Source of the DNA: Octopus bimaculoides
Taxonomy: Eukaryota
DNA length: 64,000 nt
Reading direction: 5' to 3'
Assembly (NCBI RefSeq): GCF_001194135.2
Contig: NC_068982.1
Coordinates: 148,175,523-148,239,522, forward strand
The stretch's first letter is position 1; each line of letters begins with the position of its first letter. Positions 1-12,832 of this stretch are shown piece by piece. Both the position numbers and the translations under genes were made by a program. The notes below the pieces were generated by a model that was not told where the DNA came from, did no database searches, and saw only the letters and a list, made by a program, of their open reading frames with translations.

Positions 1-844
1 TGATAATAAAAAGACCCAAAGGAGGTCTGCAACGAAATAATTTTACTCAACACTTTGCAAGTGAATCAGTGGAGGCAAAGATGCGTCTCATTTACTTGAC
101 AATTTATGCACCACATTGCAGAAATCACAATGAAAGTATATCTGAAAGGGTAGTCTTACACTGTTGTACCGTTGAATTACAAATAACGCTCATCTGTTAT
201 GTTCGGGTTAAAATTTCATCAACATCAAAAATATATGAATTTTCATGGGAGTTATGGCCGTTATACATAGAATATAATTTCCAAATTTCATAAAGATCCG
301 TTCAGTACTTTTGACGTAGTTTGGATAAGAAAACAAATGACTAATGTGTGTGTTTGTGTGCATGTGTTTGTGTGCATGTGTGATGGGTAGTAAATGACTT
401 TTGCAACAATAGATAAATATTTCAAGAAAAGAAATATTAGAATCAATATCCATCCTCCTAATGTATGTCGGCGAACTGACAGATTCGTTAGCACATCAAG
501 CAAAATACTTATAGGCATTTCACACATCTTAACGTTCCGAGTCCTAAGTCGACTTTGTTTTTCATTTTTTTATTTTTTCGTGGTCGGTAAAATGAATACC
601 TTTTACACACTGAAGTAGATATATTCGACTTACTCCTCCGTCAAAACTGATCAGCTTGTGCCAAAATTTGAAAGCGATATTCATTGGTAAAATATTTTAC
701 TTTTTGTATGGGGTAGTCTATCTCATAATCAGCCGGAACATTGAGCAAAAGTCATTTACTAAGTATAATAATGCTCGGGTTTTATCATGAAAAGCATGCA
801 TTTTATGATAAAATTTTTCAAAGACAAAATCCGTACAAACCTAC

Positions 845-964
845 CGGTTGCTATATATCGCACAAAAGATCTCCTTCCTCTTCTTTCACACATGTAATAC
901 GAGCAAGGTCTATTTGAGTTTACTTTTGATCCATATTTCCAGCAAACCCCGTTCATCAAGCAAC
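845..964 (-). CDS. Gene 1 module exon (type A): GCLMNGVCWKYGSKVNSNRPCSYYMCERRGRRSFVRYIAT(G)
   Basis: Acceptor ttcttttaacttacag|GT TGC, donor ACC G|gtaggt. 120 bp, phase 1-1, open frame, 4 Cys; paralogous to exons at 35381, 61700 and 63613. Confidence 0.9.
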
Positions 965-1872
965 CTGTAAGTTAAAAGAAATACGATAGATTTTGTTTAT
1001 ATCAGAAACTGTCTGTGATATATATTGTAATTATAGCACAACAAATGTATATCTTTATCTATCTATCTATCTATCTTTCTGTCTGTCTATATATAGATAT
1101 AAATCTATCTATCTCTCTATAAGATTAAATTTTATTTTAATTGTGTATATTGGTATATGCTAGAGTTTTTTAGAGTGAATTTATTAAGAACATTATCATC
1201 ATTATTATTGTCATGTAAGTGTGTCTTTATTTTAGTCTAGTTTGAATGTTATATTTTTTTTAAATTGTTTTCTACGGCATGATTTCTTTCTTTCTTTCTT
1301 ACGTTCTTTATTTATTTATTTATATATTTATTTTGATGATTATTACTCTAACGGATTTTATAGCGTTCTAAATTGAACAGTAAATGAAATTATAATATAA
1401 AATTTTTAGGTTTAGATTTGAGGAAATTTACCGTTTGCTCGTTCATTGCACATTTGGGATGGAAAGTTGTGTGCCATCTATTACTTTTTCATCCTGTTTT
1501 GTATATTTTCATGGGTCAACTATGAAAATTAGATTTGAATGGTTCCTGTTTTTTTTGGATGTGTATTGCTAATAATAATGACGGTGATGAGAGCAATAAT
1601 AATGGGACCCTGAGGAGATGGAGTATCCTATATTTTATAATATTTTATGATATGTATTAATCATTCTGGATGTTCTATCGAAATGATCTATTTATTTGTT
1701 ATTATTATTGTTATTATTGTTATTGTTGCTGCAATAAAGTATTTTCAACAGATTAATTTTGAGCTCTATTTAAATTTGATATATATTCAAAGACTCAACT
1801 GTGAGTTTTCTGCTAAGATTGTTAACAGATACTATATTTTTTACCAATTTTTTTTGGTTAAAAAAATATATA

Positions 1873-1911
<39 letters not shown>

Positions 1912-1912
<1 letters not shown>

Positions 1913-2830
1913 TAGCAGTGTAACCCGACCTTGTCCGGGTGTGACTTATTACGCCATCTACGATAAGTCTTGCTAGGTGAAAATCAACTAAAAAAGAAAG
2001 CCTTACAACGAAAAAACCCTTGTGAAGTAAATATGTTCATAATTCAAAAGACGATGAAATTAATAGGGAAAGTCTGAAGGCTGTTTTTGTTACATTATTA
2101 AGCGTACGTAAATTTCATCCGTCTAATTGGCTATAGAAATGCTTGTGCAAAACAACTTTTTGCGCTGCCCTGATTATACATAGCAGGAGGTAGGACGGTA
2201 ATTTGTGATGAAGCAATTGCTGGCGAACTGATGCTACACAGTTTTGCCAGAATTCTATCAGATTAGGCAGATGTTAATGCACCATTTTGCATTATGTTCA
2301 AAGTAGCTTCTGGAATGTGGTGAATTGCTGCAGTCTGTTACTGTCATTTTAAACCGGTTGTTTTCTTTCCCCCAGCAAACTCTCTTCTTTGGAGGCATAA
2401 TCTATGTATATATTAAACATAGCAACAAAAGTTATAATAGATGGCAGGGTCGGTAATTTTCACATTTCTGTAATTTTTCAGATTAACATCCGCACGATTA
2501 CCTAACCCTAAAACTCTAAACCTAACCGTAACACCAACCGCAATACTAACCCTAAACCCTATCCCTAACCTTAAAACCCTAACCCTAAAACCGTAACCGT
2601 AACACTAACCCTAATCCTAACCCTAAAACCCTAACCCTGACCCTAAAACCCTAACCCTAACACCCTAGTGAAAATCGTGGTATATTTACCAAACATTGAC
2701 GAACATGAGTTATATTGTAGTTAATGATTGTGTGTACAGGTAGAAGGGAAGAAATATAAAAGTTGCTAGAAACAACAGCTAAATCTCCCTTAAATCACAC
2801 TAAGTAAACGGAATTTTAAAATTTTTTCAT
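1912..2830 (-). mobile_element. Helitron-like element with internal telomere-like repeats
   Basis: Minus strand ends ACCCGGACAAGGTCGGGT hairpin + ACACTG-CTAG, next to a (TA)n tract, which is the typical Helitron 3' end. The 5' boundary is approximate. Confidence 0.55.
2500..2665 (+). repeat. Degenerate (CCCTAA)n telomere-like array
   Basis: Repeated ccctaa/accctaa/ccgtaa units visible directly. Confidence 0.9.
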
Positions 2831-2952
2831 CAATGGAATTTTTTCGATGTGAACTTTCCAGTGCAGTAATTACGCGCTCAACATATAGGAGAGAGAGGGA
2901 GAGAGAGGGAGAGANNNNNNNNNNCTCAACATATAGGAGAGAGAGGGAGAGA

Positions 2953-2998
<46 letters not shown>

Positions 2999-3399
2999 AA
3001 ATGATACATAAACCATAACACTAACACCCTAGTGAAAATCGTGGTATATTTACCAAACATTGACGAACATGAGTTATATTGTAGTGAATGTTTTGTGAGA
3101 GAGAAGAGAGAGAGGAAGAGTGGGGAGAGCTGATTTTTAATTCTCAATCGCAGAATAATGCTAATAATATAGCCTGAACAGGATAAACTATCCCTATTTT
3201 GCAGAGAAAAGTGTAGGTGACTAGCTGTGGACTCGAACTCGAATTAAAAATCACCTCTTTAACTTTCTATAAAAAAAGACATCTCAACGCTTCTAAAAGC
3301 AAGCTTCGCTTGTTTATTTACGTTTGTCGTAATTTGAATTTAACATATGAGAGCGTCTCATAAAGCGAGATTTATATATCTTAATTTGCAGAGAAATTT

Positions 3400-3580
3400 G
3401 TAGTGGGTAGTTTAGTTTAATCGGCAAAAGCATCGTCACATGTAATGACGGGATGTGAGTTCGAGTCCACAGCTAGCCACCTACACTTTTCTCTGCAAAA
3501 TAGGGATAGTTTATCCTGTTCAGGCTATATTATTAGCATTATTCTGCGATTGAGAATTAAAAATCACCTCTTTAACTGCT
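3400..3580 (+). mobile_element. tRNA-derived SINE head, part of which is also present in inverted orientation at 3131-3240
   Basis: A-box-like agtttagtttaatcggcaaaagca and B-box-like gagttcgagtcc. Confidence 0.5.
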
Positions 3581-4079
3581 TAAAAAAAAAATATATATAT
3601 TTACAAGATATAATTTTTGCCTCTTTTTATGGAGACAAAAGGGTTTATAAGACTGCAAAAAAGGAGTGCTCAAATGAAATCGAAACAAAGATAAAAAAAA
3701 ATCATTGATTGGACAACAAACATCAAAGTCGAGTCAACGACTTTATATAAAACCTCACTTTCATACATTTGATCGTATATAAATATTACCATAGCCTTTA
3801 ACACACAAAGAAAACATATACAAAACACTGAAGGTAAAAAAATATATATGCAATTAAAAATACAAATATATAGAACGGCCTATCAAGAATGTGTATACAA
3901 TTGACTAAAAATTCTAAAAGGTATCATGCGACTAAAAATTTAAATAAAATAAAATATCAATCGATTAAAAAATTTCTTACTACAATTAAAAATATATTAA
4001 AACAGTTTATTTCATAAAGATCAAGGAAGGTTGGACTTCAGGAGCGTAAAAAGTTCCACAAAATCAAGTCAAACACACC

Positions 4080-5100
4080 TATGGCTATTTCGGAAGTTCA
4101 CTGCTGCCGTTCGATTATGAGTTAAGGTGCATCTCGACAATGACCCCCCCCCCTCATCAGGATGAACAGGAATTTCAACAATTAGTCGTCCGACTAATTT
4201 TGAACGACTTATATGTATAGCCTTTATGGAAATGAGGGACATATACATCTGTGTTCATTTGTGTGTTTCCTTTCTTTTATGTTTTAGTTAAATTCGTGGG
4301 GAATTTATGTATGCATGCGGTGTGTATAGGGATATAATATGTGTGGGAGCTTATATTGGGGATGTTGGAAAAAAGACTATTGAGTAGTTGACCTCTTTGC
4401 TGGGTTATGTATGTTTGTGAGTGAGTTAGTCTATGTCCTGGTCGAACTCTTTGAGGGACTCCTAGGTATTGGTGGAGGGGCGAAATTATATTAATAATGG
4501 GGCTCACAGTTATGATAGGATGTACCTCTTTCCATGTGGGCAAGGATTTAAGATTTCACTTGTACTATTCAGGTAATTGCCTAGGAACTGGGAGCTCTTT
4601 AAATTCGCTCTTTCCTCGTTCATACATAATCTGCACTGGCTGCTGGTATTGAAATGCGCTTTACATTTTTCCGGAATTTTCCACTGTATGCTGTACTCGA
4701 TGGCGCTTTTTTTAAAATGACCATACGTGTTTGACCAGGGTTGTGGCGTTACATCTCCCCAGGAGGTTATTATAGTGGATTCTGAAGGAGCCTTCCGTTG
4801 CTTCCACGTACTTTCGCACGTTTGGTTGCCAGTTTGGTCCAATTGCTGTTACTTATGTCTCTTGTACGACGGTTTCTGTGTTACAGTGGCCTCTGTCTCA
4901 AGTATGGGTCAACTTACTAAAATATTTTTTACATTAGGTGCACAGCCAAATGAAATCCTCAGGGTGTGCCAATTAAATATTTTGCTGAAGCTATTTGTAC
5001 AGGGAAAGTGCTTATCTGTGAAGTGCAAGAAAATCTCATCTTCTTGGGTTTTAACACTTAAAGAGAAGAGTGGCTCTTTCTCTTAGAGAGGATAGGTTCT
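4080..5100 (-). mobile_element. Decayed Penelope-like retroelement (GIY-YIG endonuclease end)
   Basis: ORF 4510-4842 contains YSIQWKIPEKCKAHFNTSSQCRLCMNEE...LNSTSEILNPCPH, matching the C-terminus of Penelope-like endonucleases. Confidence 0.75.
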
Positions 5101-6139
5101 AGCATTTAACTAATTATATCCATGAAACCGCTGGATATATATAAATATAAGAATTCCGGCCATGATGAAATACCACAACGTATAGAAAATACGTATTCGC
5201 CTTTATATATTTAATCATTTATATTGAACACTCAATATTTCATCTATTCAATAAGACATATTCCATATATTCAATAAGACATTCAATACTTTATTTCATT
5301 GTACCATCCATTTTTATTTTATATTATATATTGTATATTATATTATATATTGTATATTCCATATCCCACATTGGTTTTGCAGGAATATAAATAAAACATA
5401 AAAAACAGACAGTGTTGGAACTCTTTTAAACAAAATAATATATTCCTCTATACACAATCATACAAAACCCCCTTTTTTGTATTTATTTTTACTCGCATAT
5501 ATATATATATATATATATATTAACACACTTCAAATTTACAGAAAACAAAGGACGAAAACAAAAGAAGGAACAACAAACAAGTGTATTAGTTTAACGCTCG
5601 GGAAGAATGGTAAAGTCTTTGGCGTTTCGAGCCTACGCTCTTCTATGTATACATTAATCAGTGTATTTATATCTGTGTATAGTAAACACATGAATATTAC
5701 AAATTCAAAGATAATAATTACACAAATATTCATATGTTGCAAATATTTGTGTGATTATTTTTGAAATTGTAATGTTCATGTGTATACTATGCACAGGAAA
5801 TATTTCGAATACTATCATTCGTCGTTAAGGTACTATTACAAATTTCTCATCTCTAATTTTGCTGGGTCTCATTAACTGGTCATTTGCATTTAATTATACA
5901 ATAATTGATGTTTTCATGGTTTATAGATTATAAATTACAGATATTTCTTCCAGAGTAAAAGAGAGCTAAATATGTAGCGATAATAAGAAATATGATGCAG
6001 ACTAAAAGGGTAAAGACTCCCTTCGGTCATGAATAACCGTGGGATTGCACCTAGATAGTCATCCTCTGAAATACAAGTCCGGGTAAGATTGTTTTTCTGA
6101 AAGATCAGCAGTAGCCCCTGCATATTGCCTCTCCTCTCC

Positions 6140-6350
6140 ACGCCACTGATGTTATCTAAGGGAGAGGCAAAGACCGATACAGTTTAGAACCAGTGATGTA
6201 GCATCTCATTTCAACAGCAAAGGGAACTGGAACAACGTGCAGTATAGTGTCTTTCTCAAGAACACAACACACAGACCGGTCCGAGAATTGAACTCATTAC
6301 CTCATGATTGTGAGCCGAAGCTCTAACCACTGAGTCATATGCCTTCAAGA
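6140..6350 (-). mobile_element. tRNA-derived SINE, degenerate
   Basis: Minus strand reads ggcatatgactcagtggttagagcttcggctcacaatcatgaggtaatgagttcaattctcgg (A and B boxes). Confidence 0.65.
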
Positions 6351-6375
6351 AGATTAATTATGTAAAAATACTTAC

Positions 6376-6435
6376 CCTTCATCCTGAAATTATTGCTCGA
6401 TCCAAAAGGTACATTAACCGTACACTGTTTTGTCA
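6376..6435 (-). CDS. Gene 1 short one-Cys exon (type B): (V)TKQCTVNVPFGSSNNFRMK(G)
   Basis: Acceptor tatatttttgcag|TG, donor AAG G|gtaagt. 60 bp, phase 1-1; paralog at 36355-36417 with alignable flanks. Confidence 0.85.
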
Positions 6436-6976
6436 CTGCAAAAATATAAAGAGTTGGGAAACACTGGTCTCATTATATCATTTAAATAACATTTTTATGC
6501 TTAAACACATTTATTTATACTTAACATTATTTCATTTCAATATTCTTTCTAATTTTAGCATAAGGCCAGAAATTGGCTGGGAGCGGGGAAGTTGATTAAA
6601 ATGGCCTTAGTACTGAACCGATACTGATTTTATCGGAAACGAAACGGAGATGGGCAAAATTTATTTCGGCTGTATTTGAACGCAGAATGTAAATTGCTGT
6701 AAGAAGAATTTCAATATCGATAACTCTTACAATGTAGAGGTGTTTACGTAGATCGTAAAAGAACAGTCACAACATTCCCATATGAAATATTAATTTCGAG
6801 TGACCTCCTTTAAAATTTCCATTTTATAGGAAAGGTGTAAATGTAAAGTTATGATATTTAACTGCTCCCACGATTATAAGAATTATTAGTGAAATCAGCT
6901 CGAGTTTTCAAGGTAGAATTAGGGAGAAAAATTTACACGTTAGCACCAATATTCTCTTATATCCCCTCTCTATCTG

Positions 6977-7017
<41 letters not shown>

Positions 7018-7019
7018 AT

Positions 7020-7880
7020 AAGAGTGTAATGATAGATGGTGTTCGATCAAGCGCAGCAAGAGTCATCAGTGGAGTCCCACAAGGTACTGTATTTGGCCCA
7101 CTTTTCTTCATTATTTATATCAATTGCATCATTGAAGTTCATTAATTGCAATATTAGAACTTTTGCGGATGACTAAGATTGTGAAGGTCATCGACCGAAC
7201 AGGAGATCGGACAAATCTCCAACCGGTTCACCTCGATAATTATCCGACGGGCAGTTAAACACAATGTGCAGTTAAACAAAAATAAATTTTAATTAACCCA
7301 CTCCCTTAAAGAGACTGCGCTTAAGCTATTATATATTCTTCCCTCGAGGGAAAACCTCGTGACACCAAACACCTCTAGGATCCTCGACAACAACTGAAGC
7401 TGGAGGACCCACATAAACAGCAAATTCGACACTACTCGCAGGGCGAGCTCCTGGAACCGCAAGACCTTTCAGTCTAGAAACTCTGCTACATTATCCTTCC
7501 CTTCTCCATCTTTACCCGCCCTTATCTTGAATACTGCTGCCTGCAGACTAATCGCAAGGAAAATACACATGGCAGGTCTTGGTTATTGTGATCGCCTGGA
7601 GAAATACAAACTTTGTTCCCTCTAGCACTGCCGTGAAGACTATATCATTTCTATGATGTGGAATATACTCTAACAGCACTGCACAATTGATAATGACATC
7701 AGCTTAAAAAGACAATCAAGGCTTGGACCCTATTCCAACTATATTATCATGCTCGCGTTACACCACAACGCTGAAACACAACTATTTCACCTCAACTAGC
7801 CCTGCTCTCTTAAACCTCATACCAAGACACATAAGGGAACAAGAAAAAGATCTCATAATATTCTAAAGCCAACAACTGAT
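7020..7880 (+). mobile_element. CR1/L2-like LINE reverse-transcriptase fragment with stops
   Basis: Translates to SGVPQGTVFGPLFFIIYIN followed by FADD. Confidence 0.8.
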
Positions 7881-8376
7881 GAAGAGCCATTTTCTATGTT
7901 ACTTGTCCTGTTTTCCATTTGTCTCTCCTGTTGTTTGCGTATTGAACTCATTTGTTTTCGTATTTCATGTTGTTTAGTTGGTGACGTCCTGTAGTCATAT
8001 ATGCACATATATATATATATGTGCATATATGACTACAGGACGTCACCAACTAAACAACNNNNNNNNNNNNNNNNNNNNNNNNNNNNNNNNNNNNNNNNNN
8101 NNNNNNNNNNNNNNNNNNNNNNNNNNNNNNNNNNNNNNNNNNNNNNNNNNNNNNNNNNNNNNNNNNNNNNNNNNNNNNNNNNNNNNNNNNNNNNNNNNNN
8201 NNNNNNNNNNNNNNNNNNNNNNNNNNNNNNNNNNNNNNNNNNNNNNNNNNNNNNNNNNNNNNNNNNNNNNNNNNNNNNNNNNNNNNNNNNNNNNNNNNNN
8301 NNNNNNNNNNNNNNNNNNNNNNNNNNNNNNNNNNNNNNNNNNNNNNNNNNNNNNNNNNNNNNNNNNNNNNNNNNNN

Positions 8377-8419
<43 letters not shown>

Positions 8420-8578
8420 CGATAGGATTCTTTCAGTTTCTGTCTACCAAATCCACTCTGAAGGCTTTGGTCGGCCCGAGGCTGTAGTAGAAGACACTTG
8501 CCCAAGGTGTCACGCAGTGGGACTGAGCCCGGAACCATGTAGTTGGTAAGCAAGCTACGTACCACACAGCCACTCCTA
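8420..8578 (-). mobile_element. tRNA-derived SINE (ggagtggctgtgtggtaag family)
   Basis: Reverse complement closely matches the copies at 9372, 12418, 13366 and 14998. Confidence 0.9.
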
Positions 8579-8580
8579 AA

Positions 8581-9235
8581 ATTCTGGACGGTTTCCTTGT
8601 TTAAGCTGGTGAATGCTGCCATAATCCTTGCCTTCAGTTTGTCTTTAGTGTTATAAAGAGTTTTGTTGGTCTCTCGGTCAACTACGCCCCACACATAATA
8701 ATCAAATATTTGCAGTCTGGGGAGTTAGGTGGCCAGATGTTATGGGTGATGTTGTCGCAGAAATTGTCTGACAACCATCTGCTTGTGTGGCATGGTGCAG
8801 AGTCCTTTTGTCAGACATAGGGTCTTCTAGCAGGCACCCTCTTGATCCAGAGCAGTGCTACCTCCTCCAGGCACTCGATGTAGGCTACCATATTGAGTGT
8901 GGAGCTGTGTAGGAAGATGAATGGAGGCATAAAGCCGTCATCACAAGTGATTACTCCAAACACTATGATGTTGACTGAATGTTTGATTTTATCATTCTCA
9001 GTACATGATATTTTGGGACACGGCAATCCAACGGTTGTTCTGCGTGTTCACCATCTGTTCGTATTGACGATTCCAAATTTCTGCTAGACTGAAGAGTGTC
9101 ATGGTGCTGTTTTTCTCACAGACGGTGCCCAACTGACCCTAGTATACTATGTAGTCGACAAAATCAAAAACAAACAATGCGCATGCACGAAATTAAAAAT
9201 ATAAAATGGCGACAATTGACCCATTGCACCCTGTA
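8581..9235 (-). mobile_element. Tc1/mariner (maT/DD37D-like) transposon fragment
   Basis: Minus frames give WIKRVPARRPYV, NIWPPNSPDC and WGVVDRETNKT...LKARIMAAF; terminus ...ccattgcaccctgta. Confidence 0.75.
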
Positions 9236-9281
9236 CATATATGGACATGTATGTATACATATATATGTATAGCAACAGATG

Positions 9282-9316
<35 letters not shown>

Positions 9317-9371
9317 CACAGTGATATATATATATATATGTATATATGTGTGTATATATATATATATATAT

Positions 9372-9537
9372 AGGCGTAGGAGTGGCTGTGTGGTAAGTAG
9401 CTTGCTTACCAGCCACATGGTCCCGGGTTCAGTCCCACTGCGTAGCAACTTGGGCAAGTGTCTTCTACTATAGCCTCGGGCCGACCAAAGCCTTGTGAGT
9501 GGATTTGGTAGACGGAAACTGAAAGAAGCCCGTCGTA

Positions 9538-9588
<51 letters not shown>

Positions 9589-9897
9589 NNNNNNNNNNNN
9601 NNNNNNNNNNNNNNNNNNNNNNNNNNNNNNNNNNACACACACACACACACAACACAGTGATATATATATATATATGTATGCGTGTTTGTGTGTCTGTGTT
9701 TGTTCCCCCCAACATCGCTTGACAACCGATGCTGGTGTGTTTATGTCCCCGTAACTTAGCGGTTTGGCAAAATAGACCGATAGAATAAGTACTAGGCTTC
9801 CAGAGAATAAGTCCTGTGGTTGATTTGCTCGACTAAAGGTGGAGGTCCAGCATGGCCGCAGTCAAATGGCTGAAACCAGTAAAAGAGTAAAGAGTAT
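9372..9897 (+). mobile_element. Full-length SINE with internal microsatellite/gap
   Basis: Head ggcgtaggagtggctgtgtggtaag, body caacatcgcttgacaaccgatgctgg and tail gtaaaagagtaaagag, shared with 12418-12832, 13366-13820 and 14998-15737. Confidence 0.9.
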
Positions 9898-10837
9898 ATG
9901 TATATATACATACATACATGCATACATTTATACTTTTAATATGCATACATAGGTATATATACATATATATGCCTGCTAATCTTTACAGCCCGTTACATCG
10001 GAGCATTTTTCATCACTTTGTAGCGGTTTGTAGATAAAACATCACACAAATACCTCGTCTGTACATCTAATGCATTGGGACGAATATATTCAGCAGGCAG
10101 CATTCAGCACCCTCACGCATACACTTAGACAAGCTTTGTCATGCACATTTACCTACATTTTGTTTGTAATAAACTCTTTAAACTTCCCATAATATTATCG
10201 GGTAAACCGGACGGTTGCATCAACTTAGGGCATGCATTCTATTTTAGGTTGATTATTTCTTTCACATAAGCTATGACATGCTGAAATTTACGTGTGTGGT
10301 ATCAAATTGTTTGTTTCAATCGTTACTTAACATTCGTTAAATATTATCACTAATACTACCAATATCGATTTTTAAAATTGAAAAAATTTCTAGTGACCCA
10401 AACAAAAATAGAAATAATATATTATATATTATATTGGCGTTATTACAGAGTCAAACAGCACTATCATCTGAAGCAGATAATATACACCCAGAAAAATAAA
10501 GAAATAAATTTTGATCAAGCTATTCTTTATTAGGGCACTTATATACTGAATACCATTAGTTATTTTTAATGTCCTCATATTTTCAGTACACAAAGTGTCA
10601 TGATTGCCAATGATTTAAATATATGATAAATTGATAAATATTAGAAAAGATTTCGGTTAGTAATTGATAAATAGGAATGAGTTAACTTAAAACTTCAAAA
10701 ATAAACATCTACATATTTGAAAAACTGACTCACAAAATAGAAGTGTGTTATCTTTTTTTTTTAATTTTTTTTTTTTTTTTTTTTGACCAAGTAACAAATT
10801 TCTATATTTATTTTTCCCTAATTTAACGTGAATGGAA

Positions 10838-11060
10838 GGCAGTGAGCTGGTGGAATGGTTTTCACCCCGGGCAAAATGCTTAGTGGCATTTTCGTCCGGG
10901 TTTACATTCTGAGTTCAAATTCCGCTGAGATTCACTTTGCCTTTCATTCTTTCGGGGTCAATAAAATAAGTACCGGTTGAGCCCTGGGATCGATGTAATC
11001 AACTTAAACCTCCTCCGAAATTGTTACCCTTGTGGCGAATTTTTGAAATCAATGTTTTAA
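10838..11060 (+). mobile_element. Second SINE family (ggcggtgagctggcagaa head), central box resembling the MetaSINE domain
   Basis: tRNA-like head plus tttgcctttcattctttcggggtcaataaaataagtacc. Other copies lie near 12900, 24525, 24750, 25065(-), 35080(-), 37470, 37915 and 63865. The Meta assignment is from memory. Confidence 0.8.
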
Positions 11061-11877
11061 AGTGAAAGGAATAATTTTATGGGAATTAGCATTCCTTATT
11101 TCTAATACTATGATTTAAGTAAATCTAAATACCAAGTATTGAACAAGGCAACAAGTTAATAAAAGTACCAAAACATCACAACATTTAGTAATATTTCAGT
11201 AAATCGTTATATGTAACTTTTCTGCCCATTTTAACAGAAGTCGTTAAATACGGATATTGCATTCTTATGGTGTATTTCGTGATTGCATTTGATTTGTAAT
11301 GTGTTTTATGGGAGACTGTGTATTGTGAGTGCCACTTTTGTATTTTGTTGGGATCAGTTTGTGAAATAAATTAAAATACACGCACTGGATGTAATTCACT
11401 TTTTACAGCTTTTTACAAATTTGTTAGAAAATTTTCGTTATAAGACTGTGGTCTTAGTAATAACATATAAACCCACCAATATTTTACTTTTATTTTGTTT
11501 TTTTTTTATGTTATGTAGCTTGTGCTTGTGTTTCTTGGTGTAATATCGCGTTCCTCTTATGTGTTTTTAATTTTCTATGTTTGTATACATATGTTTTTTC
11601 ATTTGCTTTTATTTTTTCTAGTGCAGAAATAAGTAAACAAATGAAACATGTGAAATATTTATGGGCGCAATGTAAACAAAAGAGTAACAAGACAGCATAT
11701 AACACGCTGATACCTGTTTATAAACGAATGAAAGATATACAATTGGACATTGAGGATATATAAGTATGACGACATATATGTATGAAGTTGCTACACTAAA
11801 TAGGAACTTGAGTTTATACACTGTACACAGATTAATGCTTGTATGGAGGAATACATAGGAGGATAAAATTTACTTAC

Positions 11878-11938
11878 CTTGCGAAAATGCTTGTATGTAC
11901 ACTATACAAAAACTGCTTAAAAGCAGAAAATACCTCAT
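11878..11938 (-). CDS. Gene 1 signal-peptide exon: MRYFLLLSSFCIVYIQAFSQ(G/V)
   Basis: Acceptor aattatttcag|GAAAAAC ATG, donor CAA G|gtaagt. 61 coding nt with a hydrophobic core; 54/61 nt identical to 38350-38410. Confidence 0.9.
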
Positions 11939-12417
11939 GTTTTTCCTGAAATAATTATGATTAGAGTTTGAACGAGAAAAATATATGTATATCAATACCA
12001 CAATCAAAAGAAGAGTAACGAAATTCGGTGTTCCTTTCTGAGTTACCTGAACCTGCTATGGGAAATGAAGTGATACATAACACTATAGACCTGGTCAGTA
12101 AATAAAGGCCCAAATAATGGTGTTGCATTTGGCGAATGCATTATAATTACCCATTCATCACCGAAAATCTACACAAAATCCTTGTGCATAATTACACAAA
12201 TATGACTTGCTCCTAACCATAACTATTGTAGAACATGCACTCTCAGTCTTCTTCATTGCGGAGTCAACACATTACTTTTAATTTCTTAAGAACGGGGCCA
12301 TGTTTAAGCTAAGTATATAATTATTAGAAGAAAGTGATACTACAGTGAAATAACAGGACATAATGTAATTCAGAGAATAAGATTCGCAAAAGTACATGTG
12401 TTTAAAACATTGGCATA

Positions 12418-12832
12418 CAGGCGCAGGCGTAGCTGTGTCGTAAGAAGCTTACTGCCTAAAAACATAGATCCAGGTTCAGTCTTACTGCGTGACACCTTGT
12501 GCGAGTGTCTTCTACTATAACCTCAGGCAGATAAAAGCCTTGTGAATGGAATTGGTAGACGGAAACTGAAGGAAGCCCGCCTTATATATATATTATGCAT
12601 ATATCTATGTGAGCATATCTTTGTGTTTGTGTTTGTCACCTCACCATCGCTTGACAACCAATGTTGATGTGTTTACGTTCCCGTAACATAGCGTTTCAGC
12701 CAAAGAGAATGGTAAAAGTACTAGGCTTTAAAAAAGTCATAGGTTCGATTTCTTCGACTAAAACTCTTTAAGGAGGTGCCCCAGCATTGCTGCTGTCAAA
12801 TGGTTGAAACAAGTGAAAGAATAAAAGAATAA
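12418..12832 (+). mobile_element. SINE (ggagtggctgtgtggtaag family), diverged copy
   Basis: Same head, body and tail as 9372-9897. Confidence 0.85.

Noticed and set aside
2500-2665. True telomere or chromosome fusion site
   Set aside because: Short, degenerate, single orientation and embedded in an intron next to a transposon end.
2878-3090. Duplicated sequence on both sides of the small gap at 2915-2924, and repeat of 2640-2715 at 3010-3085
   Set aside because: Most likely overlapping contig ends left unmerged; similar flanking duplications occur at 9300/9635 and 39683/39760.
3400-3480. tRNA gene (also 26878-26950 and other heads)
   Set aside because: A/B boxes continue into SINE bodies and no full cloverleaf is evident.
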